A program made the position numbers and the translations under genes. This document shows, piece after piece, positions 1 through 13,439 of a stretch of 64,000 nt of DNA (the stretch's first letter is position 1; each line of letters begins with the position of its first letter). The stretch is taken from the NCBI GenBank assembly GCA_013239625.1, contig MU054187.1, forward strand, positions 19,814,200 to 19,878,199, written 5' to 3'. The DNA is from Lama guanicoe (taxonomy: Eukaryota). The notes under the pieces are model-generated. The model ran no database searches. It was not told where the DNA came from and was given only the letters and a program-made list of their open reading frames with translations.

Positions 1-110
1 TTTTTTTTTTTTTAGCTTTTTTTTATTGAGTTATAGTCATTTTACAATGTTGTGTCAAATTCCAGTGTAGAGCACAATTTTTCAGTTATACATGAATATA
101 CATATATTCA
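1..110 (-). mobile_element. Short 3' end of a young camelid-type LINE-1; the poly(A) tail runs off the window start
   Basis: Poly-T followed by TTTTATTGAGTTATAGTCATTTTACAATGTTGTGTCAAATTCCAGTGTAGAGCAC, the reverse complement of an L1 3' terminus. The same motif recurs at 38845-38862. Confidence 0.8.
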
Positions 111-139
111 CGCTGTGGTCTTTTGTTTGGATTACTTAT

Positions 140-275
140 AACGTTTTTTCATCTGTAATATGTGACAATCAGAGTCCTTCCTCACAGGGTTGTTGTGAAC
201 AATAAAAATGATCTTCTTCGGTAAGTGCTTAGTACAGTGCCTGGCGAAGTGAACAGTAGCTATTATGATTATTAT
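140..275 (+). mobile_element. MIR SINE fragment
   Basis: Core-SINE motif CATCTGTAA...CCTCACAGGGTTGTTGTGA...AGTGCTTAGTACAGTGCCTGGC. Confidence 0.75.
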
Positions 276-953
276 CTTGAGTCAACTAGGTAGCTCAACT
301 ACTTTAAGAAGATAGACAATATTAGTAATAGTGTGTGTAGCTATTTGCTGAATGAATGAATGAATGGTAATTAACTATGAGCAGAGAACTGCACTATTGA
401 TTTTATTTACATTAATTTTTTTAATCCTTAAAATAACTCCATGAGTCAAGTAACTACTATTATAATTGCTACGTTACAGATTGAGTCTCTAAGAGGCCAA
501 ATAGCTTGACCTTTGGATATGAGAAGTTATTCTCTGAGAGGTTTTCTTGTTTGGAAAGGTTGGGGCTCGAGCCCATTCTGTCATCTCTGAAGCCCATGCT
601 CAGATTTCTCCTCCACCAAACTTCCTCTGTCACTGCAGGGGGTGGAAACGGAGCCTAGACCCTCAAAGGACCACATCTGGCAAGACATTGGTTGGAAACC
701 AAGTCTTTGGACTTAGTTCCAGGAACTCCTGTGTTCCCTGCTTCATTTGACGCTATGGTAGTTAGCCCAAATGATTTCGTTTCTTTTCTGTTTCTCTTTG
801 ACTCCTACCTAGCTCTAGTATAATGTCTGCTTTCTAGGTTTGGCTCCTAAAATAGTTTGTCTTAATGAACTGAGGTCCTCCTGTGCCTGTTCTGACCTCA
901 GCTTCCCTATTGTTATTCTGATTTGCTCTCTGATAATTGGTTCTGATGTCTCA

Positions 954-1517
954 TTTTTTAAAAAATTTTTAAAAATTGAACTATTGTTGGTTTACAATGT
1001 TGTGCTAATTTTTGGTGTACAGCATAATGATTCAGTTATACTTCTATATATATTCCTTTTCATATTCTTTTTCATTATAGGCCATTACAAGTTACTGAAT
1101 ATAGTTCCTTATGCTATATGGTAGGACCTTGTTGTTTATCTATTTTATATATATTAGTTAGTATCTGCAAATCCCGAACTTCCAATTTATCCCTCCACTG
1201 CCCCCTTTTCCCCCCTGGTAACCATAAGTTTGTTTTCTATGTCTGTGAGTCTGTTTTGTAAATGAGTTCATTTGTGTCAGTTTTTTTTAGATTCCACATA
1301 TAAGTAATATCATATCATATTTGTCTTTGTCTACTTACTTCACTTAATTGAATAATTTCCAGATCCATCCATGTTACTGCAAATGGTGTTATTTTATTCT
1401 TTTTTATGGGTGAGTAGAATTCCATTGTATATGTATACCACATCTTTATCCAATCAACTGTCGATGGACATTTAGGTTGCTTCCGTATCTTGGCTACTGT
1501 AAATAGGCTGCTATGAA
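954..1517 (-). mobile_element. 5'-truncated LINE-1 (3' UTR plus the end of ORF2) with a 10-bp TSD
   Basis: Typical L1 3' UTR in reverse (TTTACAATGTTGTG...GATTCCACATATAAGT...GATGGACATTTAGGTTGCTTCC). TGATGTCTCA is repeated at 944-953 and 1518-1527. Confidence 0.9.
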
Positions 1518-1792
1518 TGATGTCTCACTTCTTTCATCTTCATTGTTGAAGGACTGGATGGACCAGAAAGACTGGGAGGGGGTTAACCACGTTAAGTATG
1601 TGTCTGGGTGGGAACTGAGGGGTGTAGTTGGGAAGATGTACAACCTGGGCAGAAAGACATAGAGGATTTACACAGAGACTGCTTAATAATGGGAGACAAA
1701 GTTGTTTGAATTGAAATAAAGACCTCCATACATACAGTTTTAATTTTTATGTGGTATCAAATAGCCTCAGTTCTCTGAAGAGCCAGATCTTC

Positions 1793-2155
1793 CTATTCAT
1801 TCAACAAATATTTATTGCCTGCCTACTATATGTTCCAGTTATTGTTCTAAGCCTACAGGAATTTATTAGTAACAACATATGCAAAGCCACTCTTCTCATG
1901 GAGTTCACATTTAGTAAATGTTTATGTGGGGACAGACAATAAACATAACAAAAAATAAGTCCTAAGAATGTAGCTAGGTTTATATTCCTTGAAGACAATA
2001 AAATAGAGTGATATGGTCAGAGTGACTGGGGTAGGGGAAGTATCGCAGTTCTCCACTGGAGCATCAGATCAGACCTCTCTGAGAATGTGTCATGATTGCT
2101 GAGATTTGGATGTCTAGAAGGAAACAACTTTGCAAATATCAGGTGGCAGAGCCTT
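1793..2155 (-). mobile_element. LINE-2 3' end fragment
   Basis: ATTCATTCAACAAATATTTATTG...CTACTATATG...CTCATGGAGTTCACATTTAGT is the diagnostic reverse L2 tail. Confidence 0.75.
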
Positions 2156-2839
2156 CTAGAAAAGCTCCCCCTGTGTTCTGTAGGAGGAAAAAGGAAACTA
2201 ATTAGCAGAAGGACTCCCTCTTTCTTTTCCGAAGAACTCTGATTCCAGGAAATAAGATTGCAGATGTTTCTCTAATCGCATATGTGATGCATATGTCTCT
2301 GAGACATCGAATGTTAACATTAATACCCAGATCTTGCTAGTTTCAAGCTCCCACTTCATTTAAAGAAATTCTAGTGTCTTGTAAATTTTTCCTTTTCAAC
2401 AATATCCTTAAACTCCCCAAAAGATATCTTCTGTGCTCCAGGGTCTCTGTTCTGGTTATTGCTCCCTGTCACTCTTGCTGGATGAGCTGCTGTCACTGCT
2501 TTTGCCGCTGGCGGAGTCGGGCTTGCCTTGACAGCGCCACACTAGCCTTTCCACTAACAGAGGTTAGACATTCAGTGTCACTCTAGTAAAACTGTTACAT
2601 CATGGATGCAAACTGGCGATCTTCCAGTAAATACCACCTGCCTCTGCTGAACTGGAGACCCACAGAGCAGCAGTCTGCTGGCAACTGAAGTGGAGAACTT
2701 TCTTTCACTTTTGCTTGAATCCTGAAGTGTATCAAAGTTTGGTGAGCACACCCTTTGGGTTTTGTTCACGCTGTCCTCTTTTCCCCAGGGAGCAGCACAC
2801 CATGTGGGTGGCTGAGTTGGCAGACGCTCCTGTAACAGT

Positions 2840-3590
2840 TCTGCAGTGGACCTTATTGGATGCCAGCTCTCTGAGTCTCTTTTTGTGTCTAGGGAATTCC
2901 TGCCCTAAAAATCTTGGCTAGAGGTCAGAGCCTACTTCCCACTATAAAATTCTAAATTGCTGTGTAGTTGTGTTCTCAGCCTCCATTGCAGCTAGGGTAC
3001 AGAACGTGTCCTCGGCATTACTAATTAGATGAATCCTTTCCCATGCCTGCCATGTTGGTCATCTGAGATACAGGGTCTAGTGCTCAGTGTAGCAGCGTCC
3101 TCACAAGACTTATTTTATGGCTTGGTTTTGGGCTTTGTTCCTGGCTGCGTTGACCCCAAGCTTCCCAGAGATTCTGTGAGCTAGTTAGTATCTTTAAAAA
3201 AAAATTTTTTTTCTCAACTTGGACAGAGCCACCTTAGGGATGCTTGCTACATAGGCAAGTGGAGAGAAAGGCCAAGAGAAGGGCCAGGAAAAGGAAGGAT
3301 TTAATTCTTGTGCTTGGGAGGAATATTCTCTTCTTTGCACTTGGCTATGAATAAGGAAGCGCAAAGTCCTGACTGCCATTGGCCGTCATCTGGCTCCTGC
3401 AAGGGACTCACTGTGAGATGGAGCCTGGGTGAGGATGTCAGAATGAAGTGGGGGAGGCATCTTGATGATGGTGTGGCTCCTTTGACTTTACTGTGCCTAG
3501 AGTCTGCTCTGCTTCTGGACTTGAACTTATCTGAGATAATAAATTTTCTTATTAATAAGCAAGCTTAATTTGGGGCTTACTGTTATTATT
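2840..3590 (+). mobile_element. Old ERVL/MaLR LTR relics (LTR16-like ~2840-3250; MLT1-like 3' part ~3340-3590)
   Basis: Degenerate motifs CAGCCTCCATTGCAGCTAGG, TTCTGTGAGCTA and CTTCTGGACTT...AATAAATTTTCTT resemble the recalled consensuses. Boundaries are approximate. Confidence 0.4.
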
Positions 3591-4269
3591 ACCTTTACTG
3601 CAATAAATACAAACAGTAATGCCTAGACTTTACCGAGAATATAAAAAGTTGCAGGTACTTTTCACTCATTCAACAAATACTCATTAAGCATCTACGTATA
3701 TTAACTCATTTAATTGCTATAACCACCCTAATGTTACAACAACATAGTGTTATTATAGAGCTGGATGTATATATTTATGCATAGTTATATGTGTGTATCT
3801 ATATCTATATCTATATAGACACAAGGCATATATGGGTAGTTACAGGTATGGTTATGGCTGTGGGTGTAGATATAGATATACAGAGAGATAAGATATGCAA
3901 CTAGATGATAAATGAGATTTATTACCTATGGCAGCTAAATTCCAAAGATGAGGATACAAGTTGCTAAATACTCCGCATTCTAAGGATGTAGTACACAGGT
4001 AGTCGGGGCCAGGAATCTTCTCCACAATTCTTATTGAGGGGTTCCAGTTCAGAGAATTATTGAGACATGCCACCAACATCACCCAGGTAATATGAGAGAA
4101 GGCCAGAAGAGAGAGGATGGTGTGCCTTTTGGAGAATGTAGTGTTTGTGAGAAGAGGCTGTTTCTTTTCCATCACAACAGCTAACAATTTAACTAACAGT
4201 TTTTCAACCTTATTATCAGGGTGGCCAATTCCTCAGGCTGCGATATGCTCTGGACCATGCTTTTGTCAT

Positions 4270-4834
4270 TCAGCTCATTTCACGTTTAGGTTCTGAATTA
4301 GTATGACTTGGGGGCATAAGTGATAGAAAAAATGGCTCATACTTGCTGAAACACTAAAAAAAAAAAAAATGTATTGACACAATGACCTGAAAATCCAGAA
4401 GTAAGATGGATTTTAAGTTTGAGTGATCTGATGGTTCAGTGGTCTGTTCTGTTTTCTGTGGCTTTAGGCTAAAAAGCCTCATGATACAGGACAACTACCA
4501 GTAGTAATGAAGTATATGTTTCCTTGTTAATTCTTTTGGGAAAAAGAACTTCCATCTGAATATTGCAAGCATAATTTCTGAGCTTCATTCTGATTAACCT
4601 GTTTAAGTCACATGCCAACAAGGTACTGGTGACTATGACCAGGGTAAAAGAACATGTTTGCTGGCTTAAGTCTACCAGGGTCTATCCCTGAGGTAGGCGA
4701 CTTTGAATCAGCTTTATGCAAAGTACATGGGTTGCAATGGGGTAGGAGGTGTATGTCTGAATAACAATCTGGATGCTGTTAGGAAGGGAGGATGGGACAT
4801 GGATACTGAAAACTGATCAATAATGTTCTCTGCA
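4270..4834 (-). mobile_element. MaLR LTR relic (MLT1K-like)
   Basis: CTGATTAACCTGTTTAAGTCACATGCC...GGATGCTGTTAGGAAG...ATGGATACTG...AATGTTCTCTGCA resembles MLT1J/K in reverse. Confidence 0.5.
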
Positions 4835-4990
4835 AGGGGAGTTAATGATATAATGAGAGGTGATCAGTGATGGGGATATATGTAAATCCTAAAGAAGAGG
4901 CAGAAGAACTTGGATGGTGTCCTAATTAATGGGTAAAGATGTACAGTTCTTAAAGAAAGCTTGGGGTAGTTTTCAAGAATTATTTCTCAG

Positions 4991-5090
4991 ATATGTGCCC
5001 TCCAGTGCGCATAGCAGCACTATTTACAATATTCAAGACATGGAAGTGACCTAAATGTTCATCAACAGATGACTGGATAAAGAAGATGTG

Positions 5091-5129
<39 letters not shown>

Positions 5130-5584
5130 TGTGCAGCAACATGGATAGACCTGGAGATTGTCACCCTAGGTGAAGTAAGCCAGAAAGAGAAAGAAAAATA
5201 CTATATCAATTATATGTGGAATCTAAAAAATAAAACAAAACAAAAACAAAAAACGAGACAAATGAACTTATTTACAAAACAGAAACAGACTCACAGACAT
5301 AGAAAACAATCTTATGGTTACCAGGGTGGAAAGGGGTGGGAAGGGATAAATTGGGAGTTTGAGATTTGCAGATACTCACTACTATAATATAAAACAGATA
5401 AACAACAAGTTTCTACTATATAACATAGGGAACTATATTCAATATCTTGTAGTAACCTATAATGAAACAGAATATGAAAAGGAATATGTATATGTGTGAC
5501 TGAAACATTGTGCTGTACATCAGAAATTGAAACAGTATTGTAAACTGACTATACTTTAGTAAAAAGAAAGAACTTGAAAAAAAG
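4991..5584 (+). mobile_element. 5'-truncated LINE-1 (end of ORF2 plus 3' UTR) with an internal (TA)n and an imperfect 15-bp TSD
   Basis: ATAGCAGCACTATTTACAAT...CAACAGATGACTGGATAAAGAAG; translation fragment [23 protein letters not shown] matches the ORF2p C-terminus. TSD AGAATTATTTCTCAG (4976-4990) vs AGAAATCTTTCTCAG (5585-5599). Confidence 0.9.
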
Positions 5585-5869
5585 AGAAATCTTTCTCAGT
5601 AAAGATCAGCTTGTGCTTCCACTGAGCTCTGTATTCATTTATGGAAAGTCAGGTTAGGTGGTGTGTAGTACAGACTGAGAAGTGTGTCTCCCTCACCAGC
5701 GATCCGCAGGGAGAGGCACCCACTTCATTGTGGCTGCTCAGTGGTGAGGAGCAGCTGCCTGTTGGCAACAGTCCAGGTGGAAAAATGGTAAAGTTGACCC
5801 CCACCCCCGGTTTTTCCTTTTCTATAAGTGAAGAGAACAGAAAAGGAGGGAGCGTACCACTCAGGCTTA

Positions 5870-6730
5870 TTTCCAAAAGCTGGTTGAACATTTCTACTTG
5901 GATGTCCCATCATTACTTGAACGTCATTATTTCTCCCATGTCCCCCTCTTCTCTACCGTGATGTTCCCTCCCTCTCTACTTTGGTTGGTGACAGTACTCC
6001 TACCTACTAGATCACCTGAAGCAGAAAACCTAAGAATTGTCCCAGATTTCCACTTCTCCATTCTGACACCGTGTCAGAAACAGCCTCTGTCAGTTGTTTC
6101 CTAAATTATCTTTCAGAACTTTTTTCTCTTCAGTTCTCACTATAAATGCCTTCCTTTGGGCATCCACATATATTGCTTTGGACCAATGCAGTTGGCTCCA
6201 CATCGGTATCCTTGCCACCATACATTCATTCTCTACTTTTGTTACTAGAGTGAGAATTCTGGAACACGGATCTACATGCATTATAATTCACCTGCTCAAA
6301 ATCCTTTATTATTACTCAGTCACTTATGAGATAAAATGCAAAACTCTTTAGCTTGGCAGCTGGCACTGAAGGACTTTGTGATCTGGCCCCTGCCTACCAG
6401 TCTAACCTCCTGATTTTCCTGATGGTCTTTTTCTCTCTGTTTAGTCCATAGACTGGGTGAATCACATGTCATACCTGCGAAATGTCTCCTTTCCTTGGTC
6501 CATGCTGTTTCTTCTCTCTGCTTTGAAAGACTGCATTCGTAAAGCTCACATTTTAAATGCTTTGTGTGTTTTTTTCATAAGTTTCCCAAGCTTTGTTGGC
6601 CTTTCTTCCTCTGTGCTCCTGTTTGTCCTTCATGTAATTTCATCCTCTGTCACGCTCTATTGAAATTGTTTTCGTATTTGTCTCCCCAGTTCTTCAGCCA
6701 ACCTTCATTTCTTGAGTACGTTGTATGTGT
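5870..6730 (+). mobile_element. LINE-2 fragment
   Basis: ACATTTCTACTTGGATGTCCC, GCAGAAAACCTAAGAATTGTCC, GATAAAATGCAAAACTCTTTAGC and GATCTGGCCCCTGCCTACC are L2 3'-region motifs. Confidence 0.7.
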
Positions 6731-6949
6731 GAAGTATAACTCCAAGTGGCCATTTAAAAGTGAATACTTTGTACTTACTGATTTCACTTAGTAGTTAAGT
6801 GGAGATAGGAGTTTAACCAGTAAATATGAACGTGGTCTAGATTCTAGGATGGATCTCTCAACAGAGGACCTGATCAACATAAAGAGGAGAGAGGCAGTTT
6901 GACTTGGAGTCAGGTTCCATGCTAGTCACTTTGCATGTATTAGCTCATT

Positions 6950-7330
6950 TATTCTTTTTGCCAATAATAGATATTTATCGAATACTTATGGTTGCTGTAC
7001 TCTGAACCGAGAGCTACAGTGGTAATACAAACAGAGTTAGTTATTGCTCTCATGGCATTTACAGTCTAGTTCTAAGGAGACAGACCAAACAGACAATTAC
7101 AGTACAGCTCAGTAAGCACCGTAATTGGATAATGTAAAGGGTGTTCATACAAAGGAGGTGTGCAAACCCAGGCTGCCGGGTGGGTGGTCTGTGATGACCT
7201 CTTGGAGGAAATAACATCTACATTCAGACCTGAAGGGTTATTAAAAGTTAGGCAGATGAAGGGAATGGAGATCGGAAGTGGGAGGAGGGGGGAGTGGGCT
7301 TTCCAGACAATACACTATTTCCTAAGGTCT
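6950..7330 (-). mobile_element. LINE-2 3' fragment
   Basis: ATATTTATCGAATACTTATG...CTCTCATGGCATTTACAGTCTAG...AGACCTGAAGG. Confidence 0.7.
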
Positions 7331-8462
7331 GGAGGCGAAAATCAACGTGGTAGAGTCAAGTGCATTAGGGGCAAAACATTATGAGTATATGAATATGTGC
7401 AGTTTCCATATGCCCTTGACCTTAAAGCAGAGGACTCAATCTTGCTTATTAGGTCCTTTGCATGATATGGTAATGGGCTTTTTTTTTTTTTTAATAAGTA
7501 GAGTGACCAGGAGGGTAGCAGAGACTACCTTTCCCAGGGATTTCCGTGTGTGCTTCCTTTGTGAGAAAAGTCTAGGGGTCTGAACCTGCTGGGTTCTCTG
7601 GCTGTTTGAGACCATCCTAGGATGTATTACCTTAGCTATTGGGCTTGGGTGGAAGACTGGGGACCAGGAGGGGTGCATGATGCGGATAGGGTAGGATGGA
7701 GGGTGGAGCTACCTGACTGTGAGAGAGCCACATGGCGAAAAAGATTTTTGCCAGCTGCTCAGGATGGAAAAACCTTCCCGGGAAGGAAATTTGTATAAAC
7801 AGAATGCTTAGGTAGCTTCCTGTGAAAATCTGTGTGAAGCTCCTATGTCATTTCTTTAATAACTTCATGGTTAAGATCTACCATGTCCTTCAAGCTTTCA
7901 GATGTCAGGCTCATATTTCTGGGACTGGAACACCACGGAGAGACTGGACTGGGAATTCTTTGGATTTCAGAAGGAAATGTAAGAAGAAAAATAGAAAAAG
8001 TTCAGAGAGCAAATACCTCAAAGTATAGAGTTGGGGAAGGCGCAGAAGGAGGAAGAGGCGGTGGAAGACCAGGTCACAGAGGCTTGGAAAGCAAAGTGAG
8101 GAGCATGGCAATTTCCTGTTGGGAAGACAGGGAAAAGAACTCAGGATCAGATTTGCATTTCAAACAGATTACTCTACCTCTGGTGTCCAGAATAAATAGA
8201 GAGGCAAGTCTCAAGGTAGGGAGGTGATTTGCTAGTTAGGGTATGTAGCAATCCTTAGCGGGCATGTATTATTACATTGATTTTTCAGATGCAGAAACAG
8301 GATGCAGGGGGGTGTTTGGCAGTAAACAGAGAGAATTAGGACTCCAGACTCTGGCTCCGAAGTCCATGATTTTTCTAGCTAGGTCATACTGTCCCCGTCT
8401 ACTAGACTGTACTATGCTTTGAAGGAAGAAGCTGGGTCTTCTTATTTATGGGTAACTGTGCA

Positions 8463-8965
8463 TGTTCTGGTTATCTGTTGATGCATGACCAACCATGGCA
8501 AAACTTAGTGGCTTGAAACAGTAACATTTATTTTGCTCCTACCTCTGCAATGTAAGCAGAGCTTGGGGGAGACAACTCAGCTCTGCTCTACTCAGCAACA
8601 CCTGGGGTGGCTTGAAGGCCGGGACTGTAATCACCTGTGGGCTCGTTCATACACCTGTCTGCCAGCTGATGCTCACTGTCGCCTGGAACCTTAGTTGGGG
8701 CTGATGGCCAGAACACCTCCATGTGGACTTTCCTTGTGTCCTGTTCCTTGTTTCCTCACAACATGGTGTCTGGGTTACAAGGGCGAGCATTCTAAGAAAG
8801 AGTGGACCATGTTGAAGTTTATATTGCTTTTTTTAAACTAGCCTTGGAAGTCACTGCTTGTTGGGAATGCCTCACTAAGGCTAGCTTATACTTAAAGAAG
8901 AGAGAATTGGACTTTTGATGAGAGGAGTGTCAAGGAATTTGCTGATGTGATTTAAATCAGTTACA
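8463..8965 (-). mobile_element. MaLR solo LTR (MLT1H-like)
   Basis: TG...CA termini, AAAACTTAGTGGCTTGAAACA and CTAGCCTTGGAAGTCAC motifs. Near-perfect 5-bp TSD GTGCA / GTGCC. Confidence 0.8.
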
Positions 8966-8974
8966 GTGCCTGAT

Positions 8975-9210
8975 AATAATAGCCAGTACTTATCAAGCAC
9001 TTAAACATAGCAAGCACCCTTTTATATTGTTTTACTTGTATTGAATTATTTGATCCTAATGAGAGCCTTATATTATTATAACCATTTCACGTGTGAGTAA
9101 ATCTAGGTGCAATAATTAAATATTTCACCTAAGATGACACAGATGGTAAAGGGTGGAACTACCATTGGACCCTACTCAATTTGCCTCGAGGGTCTATGTG
9201 CTTAATCAGT
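8975..9210 (-). mobile_element. MIR SINE
   Basis: ATAATAGCCAGTACTTATCAAGCACTT...ACCATTTCACGTGTGAGTAAA...CCTAAGATGACACAGATGGTAA. Confidence 0.7.
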
Positions 9211-9526
9211 CCACTACACTGTACTATGTTGTCTACTGCAGAGTCTGGAATGTAGTCAGGAGCAATATATATTTGCTGAATGAATGAATATTTTGGGCTT
9301 CCCTCAAATGCTAGTAAAGACACACCTTAAGTGAATGATATTTCACCGTGTATCTGACTTTGAATGAGAGATGTACTCCTGTACGAGTGAAAAAGGTTAA
9401 ATCATAGATTTCCAAGTGAGTGGTGAAAGAACCTATTCATGGTACCTTTCATTTGGGAGATTCCTTAGGTATTCCATCCAACTACATTCAGGAGCCTGAA
9501 CATCTTCCAAATAGATATGGTAACAG

Positions 9527-9590
9527 TTTCTCTCTCACTCATACACACACACTCTCTCTCTCTCTCTCACAAACACACACACACACACAT
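9527..9590. repeat. Compound (TC)n/(CA)n microsatellite
   Basis: Directly visible. Confidence 0.9.
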
Positions 9591-10779
9591 TCACAGAAAG
9601 ATCATTGAAAGAGCATGTAGTTGTACATATTACATTTTTTTCTTTCCCCAACCAGGCTTTATCTCAATAATATTCACTTTAAAAGAACATGTGAGAGATA
9701 ATATATTCTCTATGGAAATTGTTTTTTAGTACTACTTTTTTGATAATTTAGAATCTAGGAAGAGCCACCTTGTGGCAAAATTTAGCATGTCACAGTAATA
9801 GAATTTACAGAAAAAATTGTAAGCAACTTTAAAATTAAGAATCCACTGTATAGCAAAATAAAAGGTATTGGTATTATACACAAGTCACTTAATATGGTTT
9901 CTGAGATATATAGTTTGATTTTAACATTAACAAATACTGTCCAAAGGTATTTATTGAGAATTCAGAAAGCCTAGAGTAATTCCTTAGTGTATTGCATGCA
10001 CTGATAAATTTGTATTTAAAATGCTCATTTCAGACTTTCAGTTGTTCCCTAGTACACTCAGTTTCAGCACTAATTTGGACCCTAAAAATGGAACTTTACA
10101 AGTATGTTCAATTAGATATTTCCTTAATATTTAATTATAATACAGCTTAAATTTTATGATATATTTCAATATATTTATGTAACATTGGTTGTAATCATGT
10201 ATCAAGAATATGAAATTTTTTTGGTTCAATTATTTACATTGACACCTTTGCAGTTTTTCCTGAATTTCCTTCTTACACCCCAGCGATTCACTGAATTCAC
10301 CTTCTTTCAGTTAATTCTCACATTTTCCTGTCTTTCCTAAAAGCTTCCCCATTTAGTTGAATGTGATAGTAAAGAGTTTTGCAACTCTTAATGAGTATTC
10401 ATAATGTATACTCAAGTATGAGTTACCACACCAGTGCAGAGCTTCCTCTCTCTCCTCCTCTGGCACTTTGAAGATTTGCTGGAAGCTAAGAGGTTAATTT
10501 AGCATCTTACTCTGTTTCTGTTCTCCTGCAACTTCTCATTTCCTTCATTCTTGTTCCCCTGATTTTACCTGACAGTCTGGTTTCTGTCTGGCGGTGGTGG
10601 AGTTGAGATGGTGATGGTCTGAATATTGGCATGGAGATGTAGCAGAGATCTGCATCTAAATATCAGAGTCTAGAGGAAGAGAAGTCAGTGAGTTGGACCG
10701 AAAAGGAGAAAAGGTGAAAACACTGGGACATGCTGCATTTTTTTTTTAACAATAAAACCCTCTCTTTCTGGCTCTTGCT

Positions 10780-11100
10780 TCCCTTCACGTTTCTAAGTAT
10801 ATTTATCCCTCTCAAACCTCCCCGGATGTATGGCTTTTTGAGGGGCTCGTTTTGCTTATGTCTGTTGGCATTTCTGGGTTGCCAGTACTTCAACTCCAAA
10901 TTTGGGATGTATGAGGTTAAAAGAAAACATAGGTAACTCACTGCTCTGTGGTTCCTTGGGTCTCCACGTCCCTAGCTGGTTTGCCTTCTCTGCACTTTTC
11001 AGAGTCGTCTTAATGTTTGTTTTATATACAGTATCCAGGGTTTTCAGTTGTATTTAATGGAAGAAGTAGGGAGAAGAAGATTGACTTTTTCTTCTTGAAG
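10780..11100 (-). mobile_element. Ancient L1 (L1M-type) 5'-end fragment
   Basis: TTTTATATACAGTATCCAGGGTTTTCAGTTGTATTTAATGGAAGAAGTAGGGA resembles old L1M 5' ends in reverse; recalled consensus only. Confidence 0.45.
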
Positions 11101-11686
11101 AATCCTCAAATTACTTTTTTTAGTTTTCCAAATGTGCTTTTTATGAATCTCTTTTGTTATTATGTAGAGAATAGATTCAGAAGAGAAGGAAATAGGTTCC
11201 AGTCCAAGATGGAGGTGTAGGAAGACCGTAAGTGAGAACAGAAAAAAAAATTAGAAAGCAGGTTTTTCACCAAGGAATTTTAATATACTTTGTCTGCTCT
11301 TGGTTATTCCATCCACTCCATGACTGTTAATTTCTGCCTTCTGAGTTAAAGTTTACTGCAAGGGATTAGGGGTGTACAAACTGCCTGCTAAAACCACCTA
11401 GCTCCTTGTAAACTGAAGTCTGGTTTAATTCTGGAGTATCTATAGGGGTTCTATTTCAGAATGAGGTTTGACTTTTCTACTAGAGAGGTGGAGAGAGGAG
11501 GCAAAATAATGTAAGGTGCAGCAGAGAGGACAGTCTGTGAGGGGGATTAAGGTGGTTAGATAATTTCCATTTAGTATCTACAGTGTGCCTAGTACTGTAC
11601 TAAATGCTTTATATTGGCTCATTTAATCCTCAAAACAACCCTCTAAGTACTATTCTAATTCCATTTTTCCAGGTAAGGAAGCTGAG

Positions 11687-12240
11687 TGTTCTAGTTTCTC
11701 TTTGTTACAAATTACATCAGAGCAACCATTTATTGTGCTGATGGATTTGTGGACCAGGAATTCATATCAGGATGGTTTGTCTCGCTCCACGGTGTCTGAG
11801 GCCTCAGCTGAAAGACTTAAGTCTGGGTCCATGATCATCTAAAGGCTCATCCACTCACAAGTTTAGTGACTGATTGCTGATGGATGCTGAGGAACTTTAT
11901 GTCATATTTTCACATGGACTAGTTTGCGCTTCCTAAAGGATGGTGGATGGATTTCAAAGGTGAGTGTTGATAGTGGTGAGAGAGGGAGGGGAAGAGAGAG
12001 AGAAAGAGAGAGAGAGAGAGGGAGGGAGGGAGAGGGAGAGAGAGATCATTTTTATGACTAGCCTTGGAAGCCATGGTAGCATTAACTTCTGCCACATTCT
12101 GTGCATTGAGTGACTATGTGACTATGAGGAATGCCCAATTTCAAGAGGAGGAGAAATCAACTTTTCCTCTTGATGGGAAGTGACAAGGTTCTGAAGAGCA
12201 ATGTTTATGTTGTCACTTTTAGAAAATACAGTTTACCACA
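11687..12240 (-). mobile_element. MaLR solo LTR (MLT1H-like) with an internal (GA)n tract, inserted into a minus-strand MIR (~11570-11686 and ~12241-12320)
   Basis: TG...CA termini and TTTTATGACTAGCCTTGGAAG...CTTCTGCCACATTCT. MIR text CCATTTT...GGAAGCTGAG stops at 11686 and resumes as GGTTAAATAACT after 12240. Confidence 0.75.
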
Positions 12241-12957
12241 CAGGGGCTCAGGTTAAATAACTCTCCCAAACAGCTGGTAAGTGAGCAGTCCCAACACGTC
12301 AGAGTTATTTGTCTCTAACTTCGTGTTTTTGCCCCTTGGTCCCATTGCACAGTAGAGTGTTGTAGGATCAATACGATCTTAAGAGAACTACTGTGAGTAA
12401 ATAAGGAAAGAGAGTCACATGAACAACTTGAATTCAGAGTTTTGAATCTTACACAAGATCCTCAGGCTTCAAGATTTGCACGTCATTGAAACAACAGTTT
12501 GTACCTTTTTAATGTCGCTCACTTTTTACCTTAAATTATGTTATTTGTGCATATATCTTATAACACACTACCTCTCCCCAAACGTATCGTCTGGTTGCTT
12601 ATTTTATTCAGAGTAGGATCTTTGTCCCATCTGATTCATCTTCCTACCCTGACAACACCTATTGTGAGATGCAGGCTCATAGTAAACCCTCCACAAATGC
12701 TTGCCAAGTGAATAAATATGACTTTATACAGTGTAAAATGGCAGAATAGTTTTAACTTTGTTGTTGTTGAACTACCCTGGGATACTTGATTATGGATGTT
12801 GTGAGAACCAGATTAGGTAATTTGAATGAAAGTGGTTTAAAAATGGTAAATGTCAGATGGGGTTTATGATGAACATGGAGGTGGTGGATTCAGTCCTGGA
12901 CCTCCGATAGACCTGTGACCACTGGATGGTGGGAAAGTCTCCTTCTCAATATATTGG

Positions 12958-13013
12958 TTGGTCTGTCTGTCTGTCTATCTATCTATCCATCTGTCTATCT
13001 ATCTATCATCTAT
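12958..13013. repeat. (TCTG)n/(TCTA)n tetranucleotide microsatellite
   Basis: Directly visible. Confidence 0.9.
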
Positions 13014-13439
13014 TTGTAATTTAACATAACTCATAAATAAGATGTTATTTGTAATATTCTATTTTGTTTTACTGTAAAAAATATATCTTACAGCTCTTTT
13101 TATGTAAGTAAATGTAGATTTACCATAGTCTTATATTGGTATATACAGTTTTGTGGTGTGGGCACACTCTGATATTGAAATAATTGCCTATTTCTGGACA
13201 TTAGATTGATCCTACTTTTTTGTTGTTGTTGAAATTATAGATAATGTTGCAATGAAACACTTGTGCATAACAAGAGTTTCTATAGGGTGGATTCATGAAT
13301 GTGAATTACTGATATGCTTTTTTATGTTTAAAATTTTGATAGATACTAGCAGATTATGCTCTTAAATGGCTACGTGGATATACTCCTACCAATGTTTTCC
13401 TATATCTTTCCAATGCTGGCTTTGTTGTGCTTTTGTCTA

